Assembly: GCA_965116215.1 (NCBI GenBank)
Contig: OZ220494.1
Span: 1,658,235 to 1,722,234, forward strand
Length of the DNA stretch: 64,000 nt
Direction: 5' to 3'
Source: Bdellovibrionales bacterium
GTDB lineage: Bacteria; Bdellovibrionota; Bdellovibrionia; Bdellovibrionales; JAKFYE01
Below, piece after piece: positions 17,759 through 28,094 of the stretch. Both the position numbers and the translations under genes were made by a program. Position 1 is the stretch's first letter, and the number at the start of each line of letters is the position of its first letter. A model generated the notes under the pieces. It did not search any database. It was not told where the DNA came from and saw only the letters and a program-made list of their open reading frames with translations.

Positions 17759-18283
17759 ATGAAAATTCGTTTAAAAGATAAAAGACTATTTATGAAATAT
17801 TTAGAAAAGAATCAGCAGAAAGCTGTACAGGGATGTTATAATTTTATACTTGTTCTAGATCATTTAAAGCCAGATTTTAATATTGGAAAAATTTTTCGAT
17901 CTGCTGATGCTTTTGGTTGTTGTGAAGTGCATTTGATTGGTATTGATTATTTTAATGTGGCTACCTCAAAGGGTTCATTTAAACATGTCCCTGTGAAACT
18001 TTATAAAGACTTTGGAGAATCTTATAATTATCTAGAAAAAGAGGGATATGACATATTTTTACTGGAGATGGAAGCGGAGCTTTCTTTGGGGATGGAAAAA
18101 CTTCCGCAGAAGACGGCTTTTGTAGTGGGTCATGAACACTTTGGGTTAAGTTTTCATTCAAAAGATTATGAGCGGGCTCGTTCAATAAAGATTTCTCAAG
18201 TGGGAAAGACACAGAGTCTGAATGTGAGTGTTGCAGCATCTATTGCCATGTATGAATATACACGGCAGCATATCAAGCCTTAG
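17759..18283 (+). CDS. SpoU/TrmH-family RNA 2'-O-methyltransferase
   Basis: NIGKIFRSADAFG, VVGHEHFGLS, GKTQSLNVSVAASIAMYE correspond to SpoU motifs 1-3. Confidence 0.75.
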   Translation: MKIRLKDKRLFMKYLEKNQQKAVQGCYNFILVLDHLKPDFNIGKIFRSADAFGCCEVHLIGIDYFNVATSKGSFKHVPVKLYKDFGESYNYLEKEGYDIFLLEMEAELSLGMEKLPQKTAFVVGHEHFGLSFHSKDYERARSIKISQVGKTQSLNVSVAASIAMYEYTRQHIKP

Positions 18284-18297
18284 TTCAAAAGGAGGAT

Positions 18298-18891
18298 GTG
18301 GTGTTTAAAACAGTTAAACATCCGATAGACGCTTTTGATCAGTGGTGGCGTCAGAGACCTCAAAAAAATGTTAAAGAATCCACATGGACAGTGCTTTCGA
18401 CTCTCTCAAAAGATAATCAACCAACATCTCGAGTGGTGCTTCTAAGAGATTATTCAAAAGAGGGATTTGTATTTTATACCAATTATGAAAGTCAAAAAGG
18501 GGAAGATATCTCCCATAACCCTAAGGTCTGTCTTTTGTTTTATTGGGGGGAGCAAGAGAGGCAGGTGAGAGTTCAAGGGCAGGTGACTAAAGTCAGCAGA
18601 GAGGTTTCGGAAAGATACTTTCGCTCTAGACCTAGAGAGAGTCAGTTAGGGACATGGGCCTCTTGTCAGTCTCATCCATTGGTTCATCGACAAGAGTTGG
18701 AAAGACGTTTTAAAAAGGCTTCAGAAAAGTTTGCAGGTCAAGAGGTGGAGCTTCCTAAATACTGGGGAGGATATTGTGTTGTTCCCAATTATTTTGAATT
18801 TTGGAGAGGAAGGTCAAGGCGTCTTCATGAGCGGTGTATTTTTAAAAAAGAAGCGTCGGGAGATTGGAGTCAATCCTTACTTTTTCCATAG
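18298..18891 (+). CDS. pdxH: Pyridoxamine 5'-phosphate oxidase
   Basis: PTSRVVLLRDY, FYTNYESQKG, QVRVQG, WGGYCVVPNYFEFWRGRSRRLHER are typical PdxH blocks. Confidence 0.85.
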   Translation: MVFKTVKHPIDAFDQWWRQRPQKNVKESTWTVLSTLSKDNQPTSRVVLLRDYSKEGFVFYTNYESQKGEDISHNPKVCLLFYWGEQERQVRVQGQVTKVSREVSERYFRSRPRESQLGTWASCQSHPLVHRQELERRFKKASEKFAGQEVELPKYWGGYCVVPNYFEFWRGRSRRLHERCIFKKEASGDWSQSLLFP

Positions 18892-19091
18892 TGTCATAAT
18901 TTGACATATAGAAGCTAAGACTAAATCTGATACCTATTGTTATGGAAAAGTTTGTAATCACACAATATCTTATAAAATATTCATCGAAATTAAAAAGATT
19001 TGGGCAGAGAAGGAATAAAATTTTAGCTCATGGAAAGTTTAAAAAAATCACTGTTGATTTTTTGGAAAACTGTTAGATGAAGTCTGAACCA

Positions 19092-19146
19092 TTATGGTTT
19101 AAAGGGAAAGGTACTGGCATCGTTAATTAAAGGGCTTGTGTTATTT
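19092..19146 (-). pseudogene. Remnant of the 3' end (last ~16 codons plus stop) of a paralogue of the adjacent metalloprotease gene
   Basis: 19103-19140 matches 19278-19315 at 36 of 38 positions. Both copies begin with the minus-strand stop (tta). The remnant would read ..SPLINDASTFPFKP* against the intact ..NPLINDASAFPCYP*. Confidence 0.5.
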
Positions 19147-19266
19147 CGTTATAGGCTTTCCTCTTTTTTGCTGCTAGATCTGCTTTATATCTTCTGAATC
19201 TTCCTATCTTTTTTCCTCCTTTGAGTTGTGACCTTCCTTTTAATCCTTTTCTCTTTTTTTGCTTTC

Positions 19267-20559
19267 TTACGGATAACAGGGAAAGGCACTGGCATCGTTA
19301 ATTAAAGGGTTTGTGCTACCTCTATGATAAGGAATCCTGACCCCTGTAGCATTGTCTGTGACAAAGACAGAATAATCAAGATCTGTTCCAGCGGAGCCAA
19401 ACACCCAGTACTTACCATTAACTCCGCAGCCATCAATGACTTTCACTAACAGCTCAGGGTTGCTTTCAGAAAAAAAGTAAAATAGTGAGGAGGTTTTATT
19501 CACCCCGTTGAGCATAGCTTTTTTAACCCTTGCCTTTTGACTCACTTGATCTCCAGAAGAGTTTTTGTAAAACACTTCAGCCTCAACATGAAACCTTGCG
19601 CCTTGAAGACAGACGTTATATTCACTCTCAAGGCACTGATAATCAAGTACAGGGTCTTTAACTTTAGTTTCAGCATAGTTTGAAGCATCTTCAATCGTGT
19701 AGAGTAGGGCCTTTGAGGCATTAGCTTCACTTGAGCCCATCTTTAAACCCTCATGAGAAGAATCGCTGCTAAAGCGATTAAATCTAGCAAAGCCAAACAC
19801 TCCCATAACGGTCGTATAGCTTCTATTATTGATGTTCTTATTTTTATAACCTCTACCATAGGGAACAAAGGGGTCATAAGAGTAGTTTTCTATATTATGC
19901 TGAAGACCTAAGTTATGACCCACTTCATGAGCTAAAACATAATTGTCACCGAAGCAGGAAAGTTCACTATTATCATCTCCATAGAAAATAGCACCAGTGG
20001 CTGCAAATTGGGCAGCTATCTTATTATCTTCATCCTTCCTTCTAGTTTGAGCCACACCACATGCAACTGGTTTTTCTTTATTTGTTAGAGCATAGAGAAG
20101 ATCTACTCCGTAATCTGATCTCACATCTGATAAGATATCAATCATAAGTCTTTGTGCAGGATATACTCCGACTTTTTCAAGTGAGATATTGTATTTACGA
20201 TCGGGCTGAACGGCAACTGTTCTAAGCTTTGCATTTACATTTGAGCGAGCAAAGATCACATTGGCCTTTAAGACAGCAGTTCTTACTCTTTGCAGCAGCT
20301 TTGCTCTATTAGAAAGTGAGCTGGGGTAGATAAATGCAATATCAATCACATGTATTTTATCCTGTGAGGCCTTCTTTAAAACCACAGGCTCTGAGGACTT
20401 TTTGTGAGATGAGGGCTGAATGGCGTGATTGGGCTTATCTAAATCAGTTCCTACAGCACACAGAGGAATATTTGGTAATTGTGCAAAAACTTTTTGCTCA
20501 AAGAATAAAACAAGAGAGAAATTCAAAAGCAGAGAAAAAGCTATATTCAATACTTTCAT
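19267..20559 (-). CDS. Secreted zinc metalloprotease (metzincin, reprolysin-like)
   Basis: HEVGHNLGLQH is an HExxHxxGxxH zinc motif. Signal peptide MKVLNIAFSLLLNFSLVLFFEQKVFA from the Met at 20559 (ORF track starts at 20571). Confidence 0.7.
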   Translation of the reverse strand: MKVLNIAFSLLLNFSLVLFFEQKVFAQLPNIPLCAVGTDLDKPNHAIQPSSHKKSSEPVVLKKASQDKIHVIDIAFIYPSSLSNRAKLLQRVRTAVLKANVIFARSNVNAKLRTVAVQPDRKYNISLEKVGVYPAQRLMIDILSDVRSDYGVDLLYALTNKEKPVACGVAQTRRKDEDNKIAAQFAATGAIFYGDDNSELSCFGDNYVLAHEVGHNLGLQHNIENYSYDPFVPYGRGYKNKNINNRSYTTVMGVFGFARFNRFSSDSSHEGLKMGSSEANASKALLYTIEDASNYAETKVKDPVLDYQCLESEYNVCLQGARFHVEAEVFYKNSSGDQVSQKARVKKAMLNGVNKTSSLFYFFSESNPELLVKVIDGCGVNGKYWVFGSAGTDLDYSVFVTDNATGVRIPYHRGSTNPLINDASAFPCYP

Positions 20560-21021
20560 AAGACACACCATGATTTGACTATCAATATTCCTTGTGTTCT
20601 CAGAAATGCTTAATTGATTTCTATATCAGTCAACTTCATTGACCACCAGCTTTTTTTACTCAACTCTTAATTGAGTTCTTTAAATCATGTGGACAAGTTT
20701 TATACTATAGATTAAAAATCAAAAATTTGAATTAGAAAAGTAAAAATCCTAGACCAATTTTTTATTCATCTAAACACAAGATTTAAAGAGGATAGTTATA
20801 AAATAGAGGGAAATAATAAGATGATAAAAAGCCAGAGTGGAACATCTGTCCATTTAACATAATTATTAAAACTCAATAAATGAATTAAACTTTATATCAC
20901 TGAAGTCAAAAGGGTATAAAATGTCATAAAAATACTTTAAGCCTATTAGAGTTTCATTGATCTTACCCTTATGACCAGAACTCTTTCTTCTTCATATTCT
21001 CTTGAAGACTGAATTTGAAGA

Positions 21022-21414
21022 TTAATGAATGTATGTGTTTTGCGAATAGAAATCGACAAGGACGTTGCGATTAATTTGTGCCTCAGAGGTTGTCTTTAGC
21101 AGAGTTAACTGATGAGCGAGAGAATTTGTGGCCTCTGTAATTGAGGTAAAAACATCTTCATTCATTTCATCAACTAATAATTCTCCCGCTGGGGTTTGAA
21201 CAGACATGCGCGTAGCAATAGTGGGAGTTTTAGGTCGCTGTCCAGGGACTTCATTAATTTCTACAGAAATGACAGATCCTTTGGGTATAAGAGTCTCTAG
21301 TTCATTAAGTTGTTGGTAGATATAGGCTTTGACTTCTTGCTCATTGGATGTGCCCTTTGCAGCCCTTCTTTCTTTGATGCTCTTTTTTGTCTCTTTAATA
21401 TCTGCCTGTGTCAT
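21022..21414 (-). CDS. HPF/RaiA (S30AE, sigma-54 modulation protein) family-like protein
   Basis: Pattern EVKAYIYQQLNELETLIP / SVISVEINEV / IATRMSVQTPAGELLVDEMNEDVFTSITEATNSLAHQL resembles the alpha-beta-beta-beta-alpha core of hibernation factors. RBS aaggtgg lies before the ATG at 21414. Assignment is by eye only. Confidence 0.4.
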   Translation of the reverse strand: MTQADIKETKKSIKERRAAKGTSNEQEVKAYIYQQLNELETLIPKGSVISVEINEVPGQRPKTPTIATRMSVQTPAGELLVDEMNEDVFTSITEATNSLAHQLTLLKTTSEAQINRNVLVDFYSQNTYIH

Positions 21415-21516
21415 AAATGCCACCTTTCTGAGGAAGACATATAACACAATGTGATTATGGTTCGGCGAATGTCAATGGATACGGGCTGCTCTATGGCGTA
21501 TTGCAAATAATGTGAT

Positions 21517-22197
21517 TTAAAGTTGCCAATTTATAGGAATAAGGCCTTTGGCCTGTAGGTAGGTGTTGGTCGTAGAAAATGGCTTACTTCCTAGAAAGCC
21601 TCTATGTGCAGACAGGGGAGATGGGTGGGGGGCTTTAATAAGACAGTGCTTTTCTTTGTTAATAAAAAGGGCCTTCTTTTGGGCAAAGCTACCCCAGAGA
21701 ATAAAGACCAAATGTTTTTTTTCCGTGTTCAGTCGCTCTATAATTTTATCTGTGAAGGTTTCCCAACCCTTATTTTGATGGGAAGCTGCACGGGCTTTTT
21801 CCACAGTGAGTACGGAGTTCAATAAAAGAACTCCATTCTGAGCCCAAGGTGTCAAATCGCCAGTCTTTGGGATAGGGTACGCTAAGTCATTATGGAGTTC
21901 TTGAAAGATATTATTCAGGGAAGGGGGAATGGGAACATGAGGTTTGACAGAGAAACAGAGGCCGTGAGCCTGACATGGACCATGATAGGGATCTTGTCCA
22001 ATGATGATTGTGCGGACGTTATCAAAGGGGGTGAGATTCAGTGCGCGGAAGATTTCTTTTCCATGGGGATAGATAGTTTTGCCTGAATGAATCTCAGATT
22101 CTATAAATTGTCTGAGTTGAACCATATAAGGTTTTTGAAACTCATTGAGCAGGCGGCTTTTCCAGCTGGTTTCTAATCGTATTCGTTTTTCATCCAT
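21517..22197 (-). CDS. ung: Uracil-DNA glycosylase
   Basis: GQDPYHGPCQAHGLCFSV, LLLNSVLTV, HPSPLSA motifs. Start taken at MDEKRIRLETSW (ORF track starts at 22227). Confidence 0.9.
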   Translation of the reverse strand: MDEKRIRLETSWKSRLLNEFQKPYMVQLRQFIESEIHSGKTIYPHGKEIFRALNLTPFDNVRTIIIGQDPYHGPCQAHGLCFSVKPHVPIPPSLNNIFQELHNDLAYPIPKTGDLTPWAQNGVLLLNSVLTVEKARAASHQNKGWETFTDKIIERLNTEKKHLVFILWGSFAQKKALFINKEKHCLIKAPHPSPLSAHRGFLGSKPFSTTNTYLQAKGLIPINWQL

Positions 22198-22396
22198 AAC
22201 ATTCTCGGATATCCGATTTCTCTGCAAAATAAGTTGAGAGGACTTAATTTACATGAAAGTCTTTAAAGGTCTAGTGTCTACCTGTTGAGAGGGTTTTTCT
22301 TTGGAACTGAATTGTATTCAGTATATACGCATCATGGGGTTTTATTTATGGGGAAATGCATTATAATAGAAGGACTCTGTTAGAGGGGGTAGGTCT

Positions 22397-23167
22397 ATGA
22401 AAGAATTTTTGATGACAACTATAGTGATCGCATTTTTACCCATAATGTCAATGGCTCAAGTTCCTGTAGAGGATGTGGAGTTGGCTATTGAAGCTGAGAC
22501 CGTTGAAATTACTGATTTAGAGGCCGAAGCAAAAGTGGCGAAGGAACATGGGTCAAAAGAAGAAAAGGAGAGATTACGCAAAGCTGAGGCCAAACTTCAG
22601 GCGATTCGAGCTGAAAAAAAACGTATTAAAAGAAATATAGAGAGAGAAATTCGTCGTCATGAGCGCATTCGCAGGCAAGCTGAAAAAGATCGTGAAAAAG
22701 CCGAAAAGCAGGCGAAAAAAGTCGAAGGCGAGATACAAAAAATAACTAAAAATGCGGAGAAAGTCAGAGCACGATCCGAAAAGAAATTAGCTCAGAAGCG
22801 TGTGGCAGAAGAAGAGTTACGAACATTGGAAGAACAGAGGGATGATTTAAAAAAGGAAGAAAGAAAGATACGTAGAAACTATGAGGAGTTAAAACAACAG
22901 ATTGTGTCTTTAAAAAGACAAAAACTTGAACTTCAAGAGGAAGTTAAAGCCGCACAAAGAGCTGCTGAAAGAGAAAAAAAACTGGCAAGGAATGCAGAAA
23001 AAAGAGTAAAAACGGAACGTGCTAAAACAAACCGTGCTATGAAAAGGGCTCGAATAAAGGTGTTAAAGGCCAGAAAGAGACAGAAGGTAGGTGAACAGAA
23101 AAGAAAAAAAGCTGAGGCAGCGGCTAAAAAATTAAAAGAAAAAAGAAAATCTTTGCAGAAAAAATAA
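22397..23167 (+). CDS. Exported, highly charged K/E/R-rich coiled-coil protein
   Basis: Signal peptide MKEFLMTTIVIAFLPIMSMA, then ~230 aa composed almost only of K, E, R, A and Q in a heptad-like pattern. No enzymatic motif. Confidence 0.5.
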   Translation: MKEFLMTTIVIAFLPIMSMAQVPVEDVELAIEAETVEITDLEAEAKVAKEHGSKEEKERLRKAEAKLQAIRAEKKRIKRNIEREIRRHERIRRQAEKDREKAEKQAKKVEGEIQKITKNAEKVRARSEKKLAQKRVAEEELRTLEEQRDDLKKEERKIRRNYEELKQQIVSLKRQKLELQEEVKAAQRAAEREKKLARNAEKRVKTERAKTNRAMKRARIKVLKARKRQKVGEQKRKKAEAAAKKLKEKRKSLQKK

Positions 23168-23199
23168 CTTTCAATACATTGTGCTCTTCTGATTCAAAT

Positions 23200-23223
23200 A
23201 GTGAAAAAGGTTCACTCTTTTAT
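23200..23223 (+). terminator. Weak candidate intrinsic terminator
   Basis: agtgaa-aaagg-ttcact (6-bp stem) followed by cttttat, 33 nt after the stop at 23167. Confidence 0.3.
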
Positions 23224-23350
23224 ATCTTGGATTTTTAATGTTCTTATGGTTTGATAAAAGACATAAACTCCAGAAGTTTGAAGCCATCTTATTTTTTTCA
23301 GAGTGGTTTTAGGATCATTCTGAAAAGAAAGATAGAAGAGGTTCTGCTGT

Positions 23351-25549
23351 ATGAGTGATGCACAACGATTATCTCTATTCAATGTTATACTTGATAAGAC
23401 AATAAAGCCTAAAATACGACATCCTAGGCGTCCTGTTTCTGAGTATTTTGGTTATAATACCTTTGGTTTGGGTCAAATGCGAGAGAAGTTGCCAGCTGAT
23501 GCCTATCAAGGTCTATTAAAGACCCTAGAGCAGGGCAAAAAGTTAGATAAAAAGGTAGCTCATGCCGTAGCCTTAGTTGTTAAGGAGTGGGCGGTGGCTA
23601 AAGGGGCAACACACTTTTGTCATTGGTTTCAACCCATGACGGGATTGACGGCTGAAAAACATGACGCTTTTATCTCTGTTCAAACAGAAAATCACTCAGA
23701 GCTACGAGTGATGGAAAAGTTTACTGGAGATCAACTTATACAGGGTGAGCCAGATGCATCGAGTTTTCCAAGTGGAGGGATGAGAACAACTTTTGAGGCC
23801 CGAGGATATACGGCTTGGGATCCCACTTCGCCTATATTTCTTGTTGAGGGAGAGCATGCCAAAACAGTTTGTATACCCTCTGTATTTTTCAGCTATCATG
23901 GGGAATCTTTAGATAATAAAATGCCCCTTTTGAGGTCTATTCGTGTTTTGAATGAAAGGGCTTGCCAGTTTTTAAAACTTATTGGTGATGTTGATGTCAA
24001 ATCTGTTACGGCCACATTAGGTGTCGAACAAGAGTATTTTCTTGTAGATAAAAGATTTGCTGCGGGACGGCCTGATTTATTAATGACAGGAAGAACAGTC
24101 TTAGGTGCTCCTTCCAAGAGGGGTCAGCAATTAGAAGATCATTACTTTGGTTCCATACCTTTGCGTGTTTACGCATTTATGGAGGATCTTGAGCAAGAAC
24201 TTTATAAGTTGGGTATACCGATTAAAACCCGTCATAATGAAGTGGCCCCCTCTCAATTTGAGTTAGCACCTGTTTTTGAAAATGTAAACATTGCCACTGA
24301 TCACAATACATTGACAATGGAAACGCTAAAGCGTGTGGCGAAACGTCATGGCCTGCTTTGTCTTCTTCATGAAAAACCTTTTGCAAATATTAATGGTAAT
24401 GGAAAGCACTGCAATTGGAGTATAAGAAATGATAAGGGTGAAAACCTTTTGGAGCCCGGAAAAACACCACACCAAAATTTGCGGTTTTTATCTGTGTTGT
24501 CTATTGTCCTCGTGGCGGTGAAAAGACATGCTGGATTTTTAAGGGCCACTGTGGCTTCGGCGGGCAATGACCATCGCTTGGGAGCTAACGAAGCACCTCC
24601 AGCCATTATATCTGTTTTTTTGGGGACCACTTTAAATAAAATATTTGATGCTGTTGAATCAGGAGAGGTGGCTGAGAGTGTAGACACACAAATGATAGAG
24701 TTGGGCGTTGCAGAGGTCCCCAATATTTCAAAAGATAATACAGATAGAAATAGAACGAGTCCTTTTGCTTTTACAGGAAATAAATTTGAATACAGGGCTG
24801 TGGGTTCTTCTATGAATGTCTCTATGCCAATGACGGTCCTCAATGCGGCTGTTGCTGAGGTTTTTGCAGAGGCTTCCCATAAATTAAATCAAATGATGAA
24901 AACGCAAGATAGAGATGAAGCTGTATTGCAATTGGTTAAGGAGTATATTATAGAATCCAAAGTCATTCGTTTTGAAGGCAATAATTACTCGAAGGAATGG
25001 AAGACAGAGGCTAAGAAGCGAGGATTGCCTATACTGGAAACCACTGTTGATGCCCTATCGGTAATGAAGGATTCATCTTCTATTGAATTTTTAACATCTC
25101 AGAAGATTTTATCACTGGCTGAAATTCAATCGCGCTACAATGTCTTTGCAGAACGTTATGTAAAGATTGTGATGATTGAACTGACCACCTTGCAGGAGCT
25201 TGTTACTAGTTATGTTGTTCCCGTTGTTGAAACTCAATTGACAAATATAATGAAAGCTCATCAAGATATTCAGTCTTCAGAATTAAAGGCTATTCATTCA
25301 TTGAGAATAGAAATGTTTGAAAAAATCTTTTTAACGATATTAAAGGAGTTGGAAAATCTGATCGTTGTTATAGGAAAAATTGAGACTTTGAAAACAGATG
25401 AAGAAAAAATGCAGACTCTTATCAGTAAGGCTCTTCCTATAAAGAAAGCGTTACGAGATGCGTGTGATACAATAGAGCCCTATGTTTCAGATGATCTGTG
25501 GGCTTTGCCCAAGTATCGCGAAATCCTGTTTGCCCAATCCGTGACTTAA
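23351..25549 (+). CDS. glnN: Glutamine synthetase, type III
   Basis: 732 aa, the GSIII size class. ATHFCHWFQPMTGLTAEKHDAF N-terminal block and HNEVAPSQFELAP catalytic block. Confidence 0.85.
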   Translation: MSDAQRLSLFNVILDKTIKPKIRHPRRPVSEYFGYNTFGLGQMREKLPADAYQGLLKTLEQGKKLDKKVAHAVALVVKEWAVAKGATHFCHWFQPMTGLTAEKHDAFISVQTENHSELRVMEKFTGDQLIQGEPDASSFPSGGMRTTFEARGYTAWDPTSPIFLVEGEHAKTVCIPSVFFSYHGESLDNKMPLLRSIRVLNERACQFLKLIGDVDVKSVTATLGVEQEYFLVDKRFAAGRPDLLMTGRTVLGAPSKRGQQLEDHYFGSIPLRVYAFMEDLEQELYKLGIPIKTRHNEVAPSQFELAPVFENVNIATDHNTLTMETLKRVAKRHGLLCLLHEKPFANINGNGKHCNWSIRNDKGENLLEPGKTPHQNLRFLSVLSIVLVAVKRHAGFLRATVASAGNDHRLGANEAPPAIISVFLGTTLNKIFDAVESGEVAESVDTQMIELGVAEVPNISKDNTDRNRTSPFAFTGNKFEYRAVGSSMNVSMPMTVLNAAVAEVFAEASHKLNQMMKTQDRDEAVLQLVKEYIIESKVIRFEGNNYSKEWKTEAKKRGLPILETTVDALSVMKDSSSIEFLTSQKILSLAEIQSRYNVFAERYVKIVMIELTTLQELVTSYVVPVVETQLTNIMKAHQDIQSSELKAIHSLRIEMFEKIFLTILKELENLIVVIGKIETLKTDEEKMQTLISKALPIKKALRDACDTIEPYVSDDLWALPKYREILFAQSVT

Positions 25550-25855
25550 TGCCTTGGATTCATGACCAGTAATGGGCTTTTATCATTTTCTTATTGATAC
25601 CTGTAAGTATTTTTTTCTCTTTAATTTTTTTCAGCTTTACAGGATATAGTCATCTACTGATTGTATTTTTCTAAACCCGATATTGCTTATGAGATCTGTT
25701 CTTAACTCCTATATATAATTTAATCTCAATATTATAAGGGTAAAGAAATTGATTTTTATACACAAGAGTTGGTTATTTGAATCGATACAAGAGGATCTAT
25801 TGGCTATCCCTTGAATGGATAAAATAGGCTTAATCAATAATTGAGAAAGTCAAAG

Positions 25856-26878
25856 TCAGATAACTCCTCTGCGTTTTTGATCCCTTTCTATGGCATCAAA
25901 TAAAGCTTGGAAGTTACCCTCACCAAAACCATCATGGTTTTTTCTTTGAATGATTTCAAAAAAGATGGGACCAATGACATTTTGGGTGAAAATTTGTAGA
26001 AGATATCCCTTTTCATCTCCATCAGCCAGTATCCGTAGCTCTTGAAGTGTTTTTAAATCTTCGGTCAATTGAGGGACTCTTTTGGGAAGAGTTTCATAAT
26101 ATGTGTCAGGAACATCTAGAAAGGAAATCTTATTTTTACGGGCAGTACTGACGGCACGACATATATCATGAGTGGCTAAAGCCAGGTGTTGTATTCCTGA
26201 ACCATTGTATTCATCAATATATTCTTGAATTTGGGATTTTTCATCAGTGGGCTCATTAATGGGGATAATAATTTTATTATCAGGAGACTGCATGACTTTA
26301 GAAATAAGTCCTGTTTTCTCGCCTTTAATATCAAAATAGCGCACTTCTCTAAAATTAAATAATTTTTCGTAAAAATCACACCACTTTTGCATGTCTCCAG
26401 CTGGAACATTATTAGTGAGGTGGTCTATAACAAAAAAATTCTCTATTGTATGAATTTCTTTATTTACAAAGATATTAAAATCGTCTTCAAATATTGTTTT
26501 TTTCTTATATTTTTCTATAAAATAAATTAAAGAATCTCCAATGCCATATATCGCAGGGTATGTCGTCTCTCCTGTGTATGGTTTTGCTCCACGCTTCACA
26601 GTGTCTTCAAAAGCGTGTTGGGCATTCTGAACCCGAAAACCAACAGCACAGATACTAGGTCCATGAGTTTTTGCAAAATCTTCTGCAAAACTGTTTGGCT
26701 CATTATTTAAAATAAAATGAATATCCCCTTGATAAAAAAGGTCGACATTCTTGGTTTGGTGCCTTCCTATTTTTGTAAAACTAAGTTGGTTAAATAATGC
26801 CTCCATCCTTTCAGGATGTGGGCTGCTATACTCAATAAAATCAATTCCATCTAATCCTATAGGGTTATCCATACTCAA
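25856..26878 (-). CDS. hppD: 4-hydroxyphenylpyruvate dioxygenase
   Basis: Collinear with Pseudomonas HPPD as I recall it: IDHLTHNV, FYEKLFNFREVRYFDIKGE, GIQHLA, FFEIIQRKNHDGFGEGNFQALFDAIERDQ. Confidence 0.9.
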   Translation of the reverse strand: MSMDNPIGLDGIDFIEYSSPHPERMEALFNQLSFTKIGRHQTKNVDLFYQGDIHFILNNEPNSFAEDFAKTHGPSICAVGFRVQNAQHAFEDTVKRGAKPYTGETTYPAIYGIGDSLIYFIEKYKKKTIFEDDFNIFVNKEIHTIENFFVIDHLTNNVPAGDMQKWCDFYEKLFNFREVRYFDIKGEKTGLISKVMQSPDNKIIIPINEPTDEKSQIQEYIDEYNGSGIQHLALATHDICRAVSTARKNKISFLDVPDTYYETLPKRVPQLTEDLKTLQELRILADGDEKGYLLQIFTQNVIGPIFFEIIQRKNHDGFGEGNFQALFDAIERDQKRRGVI

Positions 26879-27186
26879 TCTCCTAAAAATTATATTGGCC
26901 CTCTCTTTGAAAGGAGGGGACTATTCACTTTTATAAAGGTCTTTATGAAAAACTTTCTCCTTTTTATTTTTTAAGTGCTTTTCGCACTTATTCCCTTAGA
27001 GAGTTTGCTTTATAGTTTTCCTTCTGTTTTTAGAGAAGTATAGGGAGTAAAGAAAGATAAGGTCAATAGTGAATATGACTTTTCTTTATAGAATTTGAAC
27101 TGTATAGAATCTGTATTTATGGCAGTCAAGTCGAGTGACTTTACCTATTGATCTATAAAAAGCATTCCTGTAGAGTCTATCTATTA

Positions 27187-27828
27187 ATGAAAACTGATGC
27201 TTATTATTTTCAAACTGAAGTTGGCCCTATGCAAAACTTTGTTTATTTTCTGGGGTCTCAAAAACATGAAGATATCTTTGTTGTGGACCCTGGTTGGGAG
27301 GCAGGAAACATATCAAAATTAGCAGAGGAGCAGGGAAAGAGAATTAGTGGTATTCTCTGTACACATCATCACTTTGATCATGTTAATGGCGTGGAAGATC
27401 TGTTAAAAAGACATGATGTCCCTGTGTATATGTTAGATAAGGAAATAGATTTCTATAGTTGGTCTTGTGAAAATTTAAAACGCATTAGTGCTGGCGATAC
27501 TTTAAGCATTGGGGAGGAGAAGTTAAAAATTCTTCATACACCTGGGCATACAAAGGGCTCGGCCTCATATCTTTTTAATCATTGGCTGGTTACGGGAGAT
27601 ACTCTTTTTGTCAATGGGTGTGGACGTTGTGACCTTTTGGGTGGAGATCCTGAAACAATGTATGAAACTCTGTCTCAGTTAGTTCATACTTTATCAAATG
27701 ACACTATTATATTGCCAGGTCATGATTATGGTCCTCAAAAGACAGATCTTTTGGGACAGCAAAAGAAAACCAACCCTTATTTAAGATTTGACTCATTAAA
27801 GGGTTTTCTTCAGCACAGAATGAAATAA
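27187..27828 (+). CDS. MBL-fold metallo-hydrolase (glyoxalase II-like)
   Basis: CTHHHFDHVNG (HxHxDH), HTPGHTKGS, GDTLFV..CGR, PGHDY. Confidence 0.75.
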   Translation: MKTDAYYFQTEVGPMQNFVYFLGSQKHEDIFVVDPGWEAGNISKLAEEQGKRISGILCTHHHFDHVNGVEDLLKRHDVPVYMLDKEIDFYSWSCENLKRISAGDTLSIGEEKLKILHTPGHTKGSASYLFNHWLVTGDTLFVNGCGRCDLLGGDPETMYETLSQLVHTLSNDTIILPGHDYGPQKTDLLGQQKKTNPYLRFDSLKGFLQHRMK

Positions 27829-28094
27829 GGAATAAATATAACCTCATAATATCTCATAGTGTAGGAATATTTTATTAGGGCTCAGTCTAATTTGACTTTT
27901 ATAAGAGCTTATAAATCTTATTTTGTTTAGGTGTTTTTTGAAGATACAAGATCTTTTCTTCAATGAGAAGGTGGACAGGGATTCTATTTCATTTGCTATG
28001 TGAAGAAGAGAGAAAAGTCCCGCCATGAAGGAACATAAGATGTCGAAAATAAATAAAGATAGTGGTTTTATATGAACTCTATTATAATAAGTTT

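Noticed and set aside
20572-21021. Search for tRNA, tmRNA, SRP, RNase P or 6S genes in the larger spacers (20572-21021, 36204-36571, 25550-25855, 59331-59775)
   Set aside because: I found no T-loop (GTTCRANYC) or acceptor-stem pattern and no conserved ncRNA signature by eye. A covariance-model scan (Infernal/Rfam, tRNAscan-SE) would be needed to exclude them formally.
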